From positions 62,230-126,229 of the forward strand of contig JAPOWB010000008.1 in the NCBI GenBank assembly GCA_026707815.1: a DNA stretch of 64,000 bases, read 5' to 3'. This document shows, one piece after another, positions 30,559 to 39,538 of the stretch. The notes beneath the pieces were generated by a model. The model was not told the DNA's origin, searched no databases, and worked only from the letters and a program-made list of their open reading frames with translations. Position numbers and translations under genes: made by a program. The DNA is from Candidatus Saccharimonadota bacterium. Lineage in GTDB: Bacteria; Patescibacteriota; Saccharimonadia; Saccharimonadales; VXPC01. How positions within the stretch are numbered: the stretch's first letter is position 1; every line of letters starts with the position of its first letter.

Positions 30559-30645
30559 CTAAACCTCATTATAATCAAAATCTACTCTCAACCAAATAAC
30601 CAGTCATTATCCAGTATAATGGCATAGGAGTACGGAGAAATTAGA

Positions 30646-30720
30646 TGGCGCGTGGCCAAATGGTAAGGCACTTGTTTCTGGCACAAGGGATTGTAGGTTC
30701 GAATCCTACCGCGCCAGCCA
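30646..30720 (+). tRNA. tRNA-Gln(CTG)
   Basis: Anticodon arm CTTGT-TTCTGGC-ACAAG; GTTCGAATC; CCA end. Confidence 0.95.
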
Positions 30721-30767
30721 TATTGTAAAACGACATTTTCTCAAATTGTGACTAAATCCAAATTGCC

Positions 30768-31166
30768 TCAAGACAATCTAACAGCCCTGTCAATGAGAAG
30801 CTTTAAACCTTCTAAGTCCAAATCATCTAGAGAACTAAAATTAATGCAAGCTTTACCAATTTTAACCCGCCCTAATTTTGACTGATATCTTTCTATTAAA
30901 GATTGTTGATTTTCCCAGCCCCCAACATATAAACTGCAATATCTTTTATGATCAGCTAAACCCAAAATAAACCACTGATTTACTTTGCCACTAGATAGCC
31001 TATAAGTTGTCTGCCCCCAGCCGAGAATCTCATATCCCATAGATGACCATATTTTAATTTGCAAATCAGGATACCAAGTCGTTATCACTAAAGATAGCTG
31101 TTCAATAGTTAATTGCCAACGATTATCGACTTGTTTCAAATACTGACTAATAATTGATCTAGACAC
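30768..31166 (-). CDS. DUF1801-like protein
   Basis: GLADHKRYCSLY...LGRVKIGKACINF. Confidence 0.75.
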   Translation of the reverse strand: MSRSIISQYLKQVDNRWQLTIEQLSLVITTWYPDLQIKIWSSMGYEILGWGQTTYRLSSGKVNQWFILGLADHKRYCSLYVGGWENQQSLIERYQSKLGRVKIGKACINFSSLDDLDLEGLKLLIDRAVRLS

Positions 31167-31172
31167 AAAAAA

Positions 31173-32951
31173 TTAATTCTTATTCTCTATATCCGCTTGT
31201 ATATTCTGTAAAATCTCTGACCAATTGTATGTTGCATCAGATTTAAATTCAGATTGTCTTAAATCCTTGCGAACTTGGACTTCAAAAGCTTGACTATCTA
31301 TCTCCGCCTCCCCTAAAACTACTATGTATGGAGTATTCTCTATTTGGGCTTGTCTAATCTTTTTACCGACTGACTGAGATGACTCGTCAAGTCTTAATCT
31401 TATTCTTTGATTTAAAGCTAGACGTTTTAAGTCATGAGCATAGTCAACAATTTTTTTTGAGTGATTAACTGTAATTAATTTAATCTGGCAAGGAGCCAAC
31501 CAAACCGGCCAGCTACCTTCATAAAATTCAATTAAAAAGCCCATCAATCTTTCTATAGCTCCGATTGAGGAGCGGTGAATAACAACCACTTCTTGTGTTT
31601 CCTGCTGATCATCTATGTAATGAAGCTCAAAACGCTTGGGCATAACAAAGTCATACTGAACAGTGAAAGCTGTTTCTTCTTTGCCAGCCTGATTACGCAT
31701 TTGAATATCTATTTTCGGACCATAGAAAGCTGCTTCATTTTGAGCTTCCACAAACTGCTCACCCCGGTTTTGTAAAACTTGTCTGAGTTTTTCTTCAGCT
31801 AGATTCCACGCTTGATCATCCTTAAAATATTTCTGATTTTGATCCATTCTATCCCCCAAAGACAATCTATAAGAATAATTCTTATCCTTGATTAAGCCAA
31901 AAACTTGAGCAGCGTATTCAATCAATTGCAAGGCTTGTTCGACCTCAGCTTCTACCTGATCGACTCGGCAAAAAATGTGGGCATCAGATAATGTAAAGGT
32001 TCTAACCCTCAACAAACCACTCAGTTCCCCCGATTTTTCTCGGCGATACAGTTTAGCCAACTCAGCCAAACGAATAGGTAGTTCTCGATATGAGCGAGGT
32101 TTCTGTTTATAGATTTGAAAATGATGTGGACAAGTCATTGGTCGGAGCATGAACTTCTTATCATCAATATTTATCGGAGTGTACATATTATCCTGATAAT
32201 AGGGATAATGCCCTGATATCTGATACAAATCTAATCGGGCAATATCTGAAGTGTAAACATGGATATATCCCCTTCTAATCTCCTCGTCAATGATGAAATT
32301 CTCAATTTCTCGCCGAATAATAGCCCCATTTTCTAAAAATAGTGGCAAACCTGCGCCAATTAAATTAGAGAACATAAAGAGATTCTGATCTTTGCCGAGT
32401 TGACGATGATCTAAAGCAAATTGAGAAATTTGCTCCTCCAAATAAACTTGTAATTCCTCGGCAGAACCAAAAACAACAATCTGCAAACGCTGCAATTGAT
32501 CTTTATCGGCTTGATCTCTCCAATAAACTCCTCCCACCTTTATAATTTTGAAAAAGATTTGATCCTTGTTCTCAATAAAGGACTTAGGCACTTCCTTTAG
32601 GTCGACGACAATTTGAAAATCATTTTGCTTATATAAATATAAGACCTCTCCATCATAGTCTTTGAAGAAATCTTGGAGATAAATTTGCTGGTCTTCCTTC
32701 AAAAAGGTTAAAGCCTTGCTGGTTGTTATTTTCTCTAATTGAGGATGCTGGGGAGAAATTAATCGTTGAATTTCCCTTTCAATACGATCAAAATCTTTTT
32801 CTGAGATATTCCCTTTGCCAATGTCAACATCACAAGTCAACCCTTGAGCTGTAATTTTTGTTAAGCCAAACTTAACCTGAGGCCATAATCGCCAAAGTGC
32901 CTGCAATGATAGATATGCCAAGTGTTGATGAATTGAGCTGGATATTTTCAT
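31173..32951 (-). CDS. thrS: Threonine--tRNA ligase
   Basis: DHRQLGK, RPMTCPHH, AFYGPKID and HRSSIGAIER motifs. Confidence 0.96.
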   Translation of the reverse strand: MKISSSIHQHLAYLSLQALWRLWPQVKFGLTKITAQGLTCDVDIGKGNISEKDFDRIEREIQRLISPQHPQLEKITTSKALTFLKEDQQIYLQDFFKDYDGEVLYLYKQNDFQIVVDLKEVPKSFIENKDQIFFKIIKVGGVYWRDQADKDQLQRLQIVVFGSAEELQVYLEEQISQFALDHRQLGKDQNLFMFSNLIGAGLPLFLENGAIIRREIENFIIDEEIRRGYIHVYTSDIARLDLYQISGHYPYYQDNMYTPINIDDKKFMLRPMTCPHHFQIYKQKPRSYRELPIRLAELAKLYRREKSGELSGLLRVRTFTLSDAHIFCRVDQVEAEVEQALQLIEYAAQVFGLIKDKNYSYRLSLGDRMDQNQKYFKDDQAWNLAEEKLRQVLQNRGEQFVEAQNEAAFYGPKIDIQMRNQAGKEETAFTVQYDFVMPKRFELHYIDDQQETQEVVVIHRSSIGAIERLMGFLIEFYEGSWPVWLAPCQIKLITVNHSKKIVDYAHDLKRLALNQRIRLRLDESSQSVGKKIRQAQIENTPYIVVLGEAEIDSQAFEVQVRKDLRQSEFKSDATYNWSEILQNIQADIENKN

Positions 32952-33247
32952 TTATCAATATCTTATGTTGTTCGGCATCTAGCAACAAGTCTGATTTATG
33001 GATTGTTTATAATTTTCAAAAAAATAAAAAAACCGATTATCTAATCTCGCCTTTAGACAATCGAATTCTTTCGTTTTAAGAGACTCAAAAACTGGTCTCA
33101 AAACTTCACTTTTTACATATTACATTATCTAGCACTTTTTTGCTAGTACTTTTTGACTATTACAAAAATTGCATCTGTTCATCTTTGAATATATATCATA
33201 AAAGATATATGCAATATTCTGTCTATGACATAAAAAGTATAAATACT

Positions 33248-33324
33248 TGGTGGGTTCTAGAGGATTTGAACCTCTGACCTCTACAACGTCAATGTAGCGC
33301 TCTAGCCAACTGAGCTAAGAACCC
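33248..33324 (-). tRNA. tRNA-Val(GAC)
   Basis: Reverse complement GGGTTCTTAGCTCAG...CTACA-TTGACGT-TGTAG...CCA. Confidence 0.96.
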
Positions 33325-33650
33325 AATTCCAATATTCGATTCTAAATTCTAGCAACTTCTATCATATCTGGCAATTATCTAATATGGATAAATAATATTT
33401 TTATGTTATAATATATTGTGGATTTTGATCCACGTACTTAAACAATAAGGAGATATATCTGAAGATGTATTTATTACAGGATTTCAAATCTTTTTATGAA
33501 GATTTAGAACTCAAATCAGTCAGTAATCCATAGAAATAAATGAGATAATTCGACAAAGTCCTTCCATTGCGAGGGACTTTTTAGATTTTTTACACGTATT
33601 GAAATCATTTTCCACATGACTTTTTATCCGAATAATGTCAATATATAGCT

Positions 33651-34055
33651 ATGGTATGTGTTTATTGCAAACAACCCACTAAGGTTACCAATACTAGACC
33701 TCGTCGCACTGGTTGGTCAATTTGGAGACGACGTTGGTGTCAAAAATGTCAACTGTCTTTTACTACCTTAGAAAACATGTCTGTCGCATCAGCAATCGCC
33801 ATAAAAAGCCCTCAGGGGCATTTGCAGCCTGCAAATTACTCGCAAATATTTATCAGCCTTTATAAGGCTCTAGGAAACACCCAGAAAGATATTGAAGAGG
33901 CGGAATACCTTACCTTAAATGTTATTGATAAATTATTCAAGCAGCAACAAGCTATCCTGACAACAAGCTTTGTTAAACAGCAAATTTTTGAAACCTTGAA
34001 TTCATATCAAACTAAAGCTGGACAACGCTATCTTTTAGAAGAAATGGATGATTAA
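33651..34055 (+). CDS. nrdR: Transcriptional repressor NrdR
   Basis: CVYC...TKVTNTR...RRRWCQKCQLSFTTLE zinc ribbon plus ATP-cone-like region. Confidence 0.85.
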   Translation: MVCVYCKQPTKVTNTRPRRTGWSIWRRRWCQKCQLSFTTLENMSVASAIAIKSPQGHLQPANYSQIFISLYKALGNTQKDIEEAEYLTLNVIDKLFKQQQAILTTSFVKQQIFETLNSYQTKAGQRYLLEEMDD

Positions 34056-34393
34056 ATTCTTAGCAAGGTTTCAATAATTAATAAATTGGCGCTTAAAATC
34101 ACTATTCCAAAGAATAAACTGAGATAACTTCCCAAACGATAAGAATTATATATTCTGTAAGCAATAATAAAGCTAGATAATAAACATATAATAGAGAGAG
34201 TTACTAAAGTATATAAATAATTGGCATCACCGGTATGATATTGAGATTGTCCCTCTATAATTAGATGCTGAGTTACTACATTAGTCCGATCTAAATCAAC
34301 CCTTAAAATAACTGATAAAATCGTAGATACTGTTAATGCTAAAGATGCTAGGATTACCCATAGAATCAATTTATCTCTCAAAAAGTCTCTCAT
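34052..34393 (-). CDS. Hypothetical membrane protein
   Basis: Three TM segments. ATG 34393 (MRDFLRDK) preferred over the ORF-track start at 34492. Confidence 0.6.
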   Translation of the reverse strand: MRDFLRDKLILWVILASLALTVSTILSVILRVDLDRTNVVTQHLIIEGQSQYHTGDANYLYTLVTLSIICLLSSFIIAYRIYNSYRLGSYLSLFFGIVILSANLLIIETLLRI

Positions 34394-34503
34394 TATAACT
34401 AATTTAGATTTATTATAACTTGCAAAGACAACATGGAGATTAGAAGTATTACATTCTAGGTTAATTTTTGGTAAACTGTCATAGTCATTCAAATTTTAAA
34501 AAT

Positions 34504-34581
34504 GGACTCGTGGTGTAGCCTGGTTAACACACTTCCTTGTCACGGAAGAGAGCGCCGGTTCAAATCCGGTCGGGTCCGCCA
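34504..34581 (+). tRNA. tRNA-Asp(GTC)
   Basis: Anticodon arm CTTCC-TTGTCAC-GGAAG; GTTCAAATC; GCCA end. Confidence 0.96.
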
Positions 34582-34665
34582 GAGCGAATGTTGTGAAACT
34601 TGCCTTTATTTTTTAACTGTTTCACTTCTGTTAATCCTGAGTTTAAACTGGTTCCACCAATACTT

Positions 34666-35199
34666 TTAAAAACTCCATTTTCTAGTCTTAAACATTCCCA
34701 ACAAATCCATACAGCTTACGCCTAAATCTTTGCAGATATCAGGAATATTTGGTTTATCAGCATTATTACTTGTTTTTTCAGAGGTAATTAAAGCCCAATT
34801 ATGATGAACAGCTAAAGCAATTAGATGTATATCTGCATCATAACCCCTTGTTGATTGAAATTTAACTACATTATCATAAGAGCTAGTAATCTGATTGATA
34901 ATGCCTTCTAATTGAATATTAAACTCTAAAAATATTTGTGAATATTTTTGTGACCAAAGAATTGGTAAATTATATTCACGAGGATAATCTCTTTCAGTTT
35001 TATTTAACCATTCTTTGGGCTTCTTTTTAAAATCAATTCCCAATTCTCCCAAAACTTCTACTGATGAAATTATAAAACCACTTTTAACTAATTCACTGAC
35101 TTGACTGTGAAGATTGGGGAATACCAACTCTGGATATAAACGTCTTGTCAAATCAAGAATAGCATTGGTATCTAGTACGTACCCTTGCCCTTTATTCAT
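34666..35199 (-). CDS. DUF4411 / PIN-like protein
   Basis: YVLDTNA, ADIHLIALA and KPNIPDIC motifs. Coupled to the ImmA gene. Confidence 0.85.
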   Translation of the reverse strand: MNKGQGYVLDTNAILDLTRRLYPELVFPNLHSQVSELVKSGFIISSVEVLGELGIDFKKKPKEWLNKTERDYPREYNLPILWSQKYSQIFLEFNIQLEGIINQITSSYDNVVKFQSTRGYDADIHLIALAVHHNWALITSEKTSNNADKPNIPDICKDLGVSCMDLLGMFKTRKWSF

Positions 35200-36332
35200 A
35201 ATCTGCTCATCTGCCTCTCACCTATAAAATCAATATAACTGGCTTTGATATTTAAATAATGAGCTGCTTCACTTTGAGTCATATCTTCACTAGTTAACTG
35301 GTTAAAAATTCTTTGAGTAACCTTATGTCCATTCTCTCTCCAAGCTTTCCTAATAGGGTCAGCTTGGCGACCAAAGCTCTTCTGATTCTTATATTCTTCT
35401 TGCCATACTTCGCTTTTCTTTTCGTATTCTTTCCAAGTTGCTAAGCCTTGTTCAATCATCTTAATTAAAATAACTTCTCGACTAGTTTTAAATTGATTAG
35501 CAATTCTGCGTAAATTAGCATCCTCTGTACTATCATCTTCTATAAGAGCTTGTTTTAATTCGGTTGGAGTTATTAAAAAATTAGAAGCAAATTGATTACA
35601 CTGAGCCTCTATAGATCCCAGCCCAGATGTCAATGGTTGACAAAGACCAGTCTGCCTCTTAATAACATGAAATAATTCATGCAAGAGTGTGAATATTTGA
35701 CTCGATTTAGCGTCAGCACTAGCAACTGCTATTACAGGCAGTTGACCGATTAAGCTAAACCCCCTTAAATCATTTCTATCAAGACTTAAAGCTAAAGTAA
35801 TAACACCAAGCGATTCTATCTTCGTTCTTAACTGGGTAAATAAGTCATCAGGGTTAATTCTATCTTGAGGAGAATACTTAAACATATTTCGCATAGTCTG
35901 AGCAACTTCAATGGGTTTAAGATTGCTCAAATGTTGCAATTGAAACTGTTGCTCATCACTAAAAGATAACATCAAATCCTGAATTAGATAACCTCTACGA
36001 ATAGCCAAAATTGATTTCACACTTAACGAAGAATCAATCTTATTACGATAATCAATGGGCAACTCTTTGCCATCTGGTTGACGTTTAAGATAGAAAACCA
36101 TTAAGGGAATCTTAAGAGTTTTAGAAAGTCTGCGAACTTGAATAAGAGTTGGCTTAGTAATGCCTTCTTCTATTTTGATATAATTTTCAACCTTTTTAAT
36201 GCCCATCTTTTTGGCAATATCAACATCACTAAGTTGAAATTCCTTTTTCAACCATTTAAAAATTTGGGGATTTATAGTTAATCTTTGCTGGCTCATTTTT
36301 ACATTCTTAATTTTTATTAATGTGTATAACAA
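35196..36332 (-). CDS. XRE-HTH + ImmA/IrrE metallopeptidase
   Basis: N-terminal HTH; FTLLHELFH (HExxH); EAQCNQFASNFL. Confidence 0.9.
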   Translation of the reverse strand: MLYTLIKIKNVKMSQQRLTINPQIFKWLKKEFQLSDVDIAKKMGIKKVENYIKIEEGITKPTLIQVRRLSKTLKIPLMVFYLKRQPDGKELPIDYRNKIDSSLSVKSILAIRRGYLIQDLMLSFSDEQQFQLQHLSNLKPIEVAQTMRNMFKYSPQDRINPDDLFTQLRTKIESLGVITLALSLDRNDLRGFSLIGQLPVIAVASADAKSSQIFTLLHELFHVIKRQTGLCQPLTSGLGSIEAQCNQFASNFLITPTELKQALIEDDSTEDANLRRIANQFKTSREVILIKMIEQGLATWKEYEKKSEVWQEEYKNQKSFGRQADPIRKAWRENGHKVTQRIFNQLTSEDMTQSEAAHYLNIKASYIDFIGERQMSRL

Positions 36333-36334
36333 TA

Positions 36335-36559
36335 TTATTCAATATCGTCATTTTCCTCTGTAATCTTTTGATTTTCTAACAAAGATTTGTAAAACTCTTC
36401 GGCTAATCTAGGATCTTTTTTAGCCAAGGTCTTGGCAAATTCTTGAAAGATTTCTAAAAGTTGTAAAACATATTCTCTAGTAGCATTTTGAGGATCATTT
36501 TTATCTAAATGTTCAAGAATTATTTGTATATCTTCTTCTCTAAATTTATATTTATTCAT
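36335..36559 (-). CDS. Hypothetical protein
   Basis: 74-aa acidic ORF, 2 bp from the next gene. Confidence 0.55.
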   Translation of the reverse strand: MNKYKFREEDIQIILEHLDKNDPQNATREYVLQLLEIFQEFAKTLAKKDPRLAEEFYKSLLENQKITEENDDIE

Positions 36560-36706
36560 TACTTTTAATTCTTTAACTTTTAGAATACCACTTATTGGTT
36601 AATTGATAAACTGCTACATAAATCACAAATTAGTTGCTCATTTAGAGTGATAATTTAAATTCCTCTATTGCTTCACTAATGACCAACAAATCACTATAAA
36701 GGTGTT

Positions 36707-36734
36707 CGAACTGCTTTTGGTTGAACCCGCCAGA
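36707..36734 (+). repeat. att-like direct repeat, copy 1 (related to the tRNA-Asp 3' end)
   Basis: CGAACTGCTTTTGGTTGAACCCGCCAGA, 24/28 identical to 38222-38249. Confidence 0.6.
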
Positions 36735-36827
36735 ACGAGTAGTTCGCACCGCTTTCTTGTTGCTTAATAATTTATCCCCTGAGCTATTGATAGTAAATAA
36801 TTAGTAAACGTTTCAGATTGCATAAGC

Positions 36828-37184
36828 TTATTTGTAGGTCTGCCAGCGACGTTTGTCCTCGGTTGGTTTTTTGCCCTTGCTGTATATTTCGATCAGGGTT
36901 AAGTCTCGGTCGTTAGCCAAATAGATGACCCGCAAACTTTTATCTCTTAAGTCAGTCGAATATAGCCGGGCTTTGATGATTCGCGCCTTATCCCTGAGTG
37001 AGCCGTGGAGAATGGTGGCATTTTTGCTACTAAAGAAATTACGACGATAGTCATCGGGCTGATTAGGGTCATTGGCAACCTGATGGGTTTGGATAAATGT
37101 CTTCAAATCTGAGGCAAGGTGCTTGTGTTTTTTATCAAGTGCCTTGATTTCTTTTTTACATTGGTCATCAACGTTATAACTCAT
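36828..37184 (-). CDS. Putative RelE-like toxin
   Basis: IIKARL...SLRVIYL...LIEIYSKGKK. Overlaps the antitoxin stop. Confidence 0.7.
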   Translation of the reverse strand: MSYNVDDQCKKEIKALDKKHKHLASDLKTFIQTHQVANDPNQPDDYRRNFFSSKNATILHGSLRDKARIIKARLYSTDLRDKSLRVIYLANDRDLTLIEIYSKGKKPTEDKRRWQTYK

Positions 37185-38025
37185 CTTCGGGTGGCATTAC
37201 GGAGGTCAAGTCAGTCCGGTACTTACTCAACTGGTAATCAATCCGTTGACCAGGCTTGGTCACCACCCATGGGGTGTCCCAATGAGCGTAGTCGCTAATC
37301 TGGCTGGCGGTCTTGTGGCTCAAGCGATCTAGAACTTCGTCAATGTGAACCAGTTCCTGACCGGTTAGGCTGGTCAAATCTGGGTCGGCATTAGCCAGAT
37401 ATTTGATCTGGGGTTTGTCGTGAAATTTAGTTTTGACAATCTGAAGCTTCCCAGCGTCAATCAGGGACGCAGTCAGTTGATTGAAGGTTGATCCAGGGGT
37501 CGGACCAAAATGATTGTGATAGTAGCTCAGTCCCGTAATCGGTCGGTCGTGCTTCTCGTAGAAATCAAAATCAATGAAGTAGAGGATTTTGTAGATTACT
37601 GTCTGACCGATATTAGGCTGGGATCCGACTTTACCCAAGACATAGAGTAAGACGGCTTCAAGTTTGTCAAGGCTGACTTTGGTTGCTAGCTTATGATTTT
37701 TCTGATTGATTTTTTCAGCAAGCTCGACAGCCTCCTTCGGTGGCTTATTGCCGTCAACAGCTTTGCTACCGATCATGTAGTCAATACCGACATCTAAGCA
37801 CTTGGCTAGTTGATTAATCTGATCTAGGGTGGGAGACTTAAGTCCCCGTTCAAGCTTGATATAGGTAGTCCTAGTTATTCCTATTTGGTTGGCCAGCTCC
37901 TTCTGAGTGTAACCGACCTGATGGCGAAACTTTGCCAAGTTGTCGCTAAAAGTACCCATGATTACTTCTTCCTTTGATTTATCTTTATTTCTGCGATTAT
38001 AATTCAAGTACACCTTTTTAGTCAA
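37174..38025 (-). CDS. XRE-HTH + Panacea (DUF4065) antitoxin
   Basis: YTQKELANQIGITRTTYIKLERG, KILYFIDF, FGPTP and AHWDTPW motifs. Likely start is ATG 37959. Confidence 0.88.
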   Translation of the reverse strand: MTKKVYLNYNRRNKDKSKEEVIMGTFSDNLAKFRHQVGYTQKELANQIGITRTTYIKLERGLKSPTLDQINQLAKCLDVGIDYMIGSKAVDGNKPPKEAVELAEKINQKNHKLATKVSLDKLEAVLLYVLGKVGSQPNIGQTVIYKILYFIDFDFYEKHDRPITGLSYYHNHFGPTPGSTFNQLTASLIDAGKLQIVKTKFHDKPQIKYLANADPDLTSLTGQELVHIDEVLDRLSHKTASQISDYAHWDTPWVVTKPGQRIDYQLSKYRTDLTSVMPPEDEL

Positions 38026-38221
38026 CTATGAGTATAATATCATTGACAATAATCTGCTTGGGGGATATATTTTGCTCTTTGAGTGTATGAATGACCTAAC
38101 AATGTAACTAGTTGTCGGTTTATCTTCTACATATGTCGCAGATTAGCCGGTCACTGAACTTCATTATTGAAATCTCGCCGGTCTTTTTCGAGAATCATCG
38201 CGGAGTTAATCAGTAGCAGTG

Positions 38222-38249
38222 CGAACTGTTTTTGGTCGAATCCGCCTGA
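38222..38249 (+). repeat. att-like direct repeat, copy 2
   Basis: CGAACTGTTTTTGGTCGAATCCGCCTGA. Confidence 0.6.
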
Positions 38250-38554
38250 TTGAATACTATTTCTTAAATAGTGATTTCTGTTTTAGTCACAGAAAATTCT
38301 CGTCGGTGCGAGAATCAAATCTATTATTATCCCAAATATAGCTCATAAGCATATTCACACTTTTGTGCCTACTAATTTCCATAATTTATCTAATCTAGCT
38401 CCATGAATGGTTGCACTGGTCATAAATTCTAATTTTATCCAGAGATAATTTAAAGCCTGTACTAATTCTCTCATCGCCAAACATACTGCTTATCAAGTTA
38501 ACCTTGCAAATTATTAAAACACCAAATATCTCCATATCTTTAAAAAAGGAAAAT

Positions 38555-38583
38555 AGGGAGAGGGGCTGTTACCCCTCTCCCCT
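38555..38583 (-). terminator. Strong GC hairpin downstream of the Calx-beta gene
   Basis: GGAGAGGGG-CTGTTA-CCCCTCTCC with a T-rich tail on the minus strand. Confidence 0.75.
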
Positions 38584-38604
38584 TGTATCACCCCCTAGAT
38601 GATC

Positions 38605-39435
38605 TTAACTGTCGTGGATATCCACTCCAACAGAATGGCTTCCCATCAAGCGAACACCGTCTGGAAACTCGTATCTAACAAAGACTACTCCAAAGTGTTC
38701 CACTCCCTCGGTGAGATTGTCAGCCGCAATATGAATGACAACCTCGGCAGAGGTGCTATTAGCAGGAATATGTACCTGCTTGAAACCGCTGTCATAGTCT
38801 ACCCCATAGCCGGTGGCAGTAGAGCCGGTGGCAAGCACCCACATGTCGAACGAACGACCATTAGGAACAATCTCAATTGGTATATGGAGATCTACTCCCT
38901 CGTAGGTGTCTATATCAACAACTCCCCAAGAGACAATGGCTTGACTCTTGATAGTAGCTAGTCCAGTCGAATGACCCCCCAATCCTGCCAAGGAAGGATG
39001 ATAAGCCCGAAGTCCGAAAACTTCATTAGACTCAACTTCCTCATCAGACAAGATGCGAACGGTAACTTGAATTGAAGGAGCAGAAGTAGTCAGAATGACT
39101 GTTCCTGACGCCGACTGATAGTCAACTCCTGCCTCAGCTGAAACATCAACTGTCTCCCATTCAACCATCACTTCCAAGTCTTGTTGAGGAACTGGAATGG
39201 CTTCAATGGTGAAAACAGCAGTCGAACCTTCCCAAACCTCTACGTCGGAAACATAGATTTCAGGTATGCTCGGCAGTTGAGCAGATGAGCCTCCAACAGC
39301 ATACCACTCATCTGAGTGATAACTACCACCTGACCCATACTCATCAAACTGAGCTGAAGCTGGCATGACAGTCAAACTGAATAGGATGACTGCTCCTAGG
39401 CTTGCTATGAGCAAGCTTTTAATTTTTGGCAACAT
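38605..39435 (-). CDS. Secreted Calx-beta domain protein
   Basis: Signal peptide ending ASA; SAEAGVDYQSASGTV, DEEVESNEVF and DNLTEGVEHF indicate two Calx-beta repeats. Confidence 0.8.
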   Translation of the reverse strand: MLPKIKSLLIASLGAVILFSLTVMPASAQFDEYGSGGSYHSDEWYAVGGSSAQLPSIPEIYVSDVEVWEGSTAVFTIEAIPVPQQDLEVMVEWETVDVSAEAGVDYQSASGTVILTTSAPSIQVTVRILSDEEVESNEVFGLRAYHPSLAGLGGHSTGLATIKSQAIVSWGVVDIDTYEGVDLHIPIEIVPNGRSFDMWVLATGSTATGYGVDYDSGFKQVHIPANSTSAEVVIHIAADNLTEGVEHFGVVFVRYEFPDGVRLMGSHSVGVDIHDS

Positions 39436-39538
39436 AATTGATTACTCCTTTCTGCTGCCGGGGTTTGTACAAAAAATGTCTGTTTTTTAGCAGACCACCT
39501 TAATGTACAAAACTTCTGCAAAAAATAAAAGAATTTAG

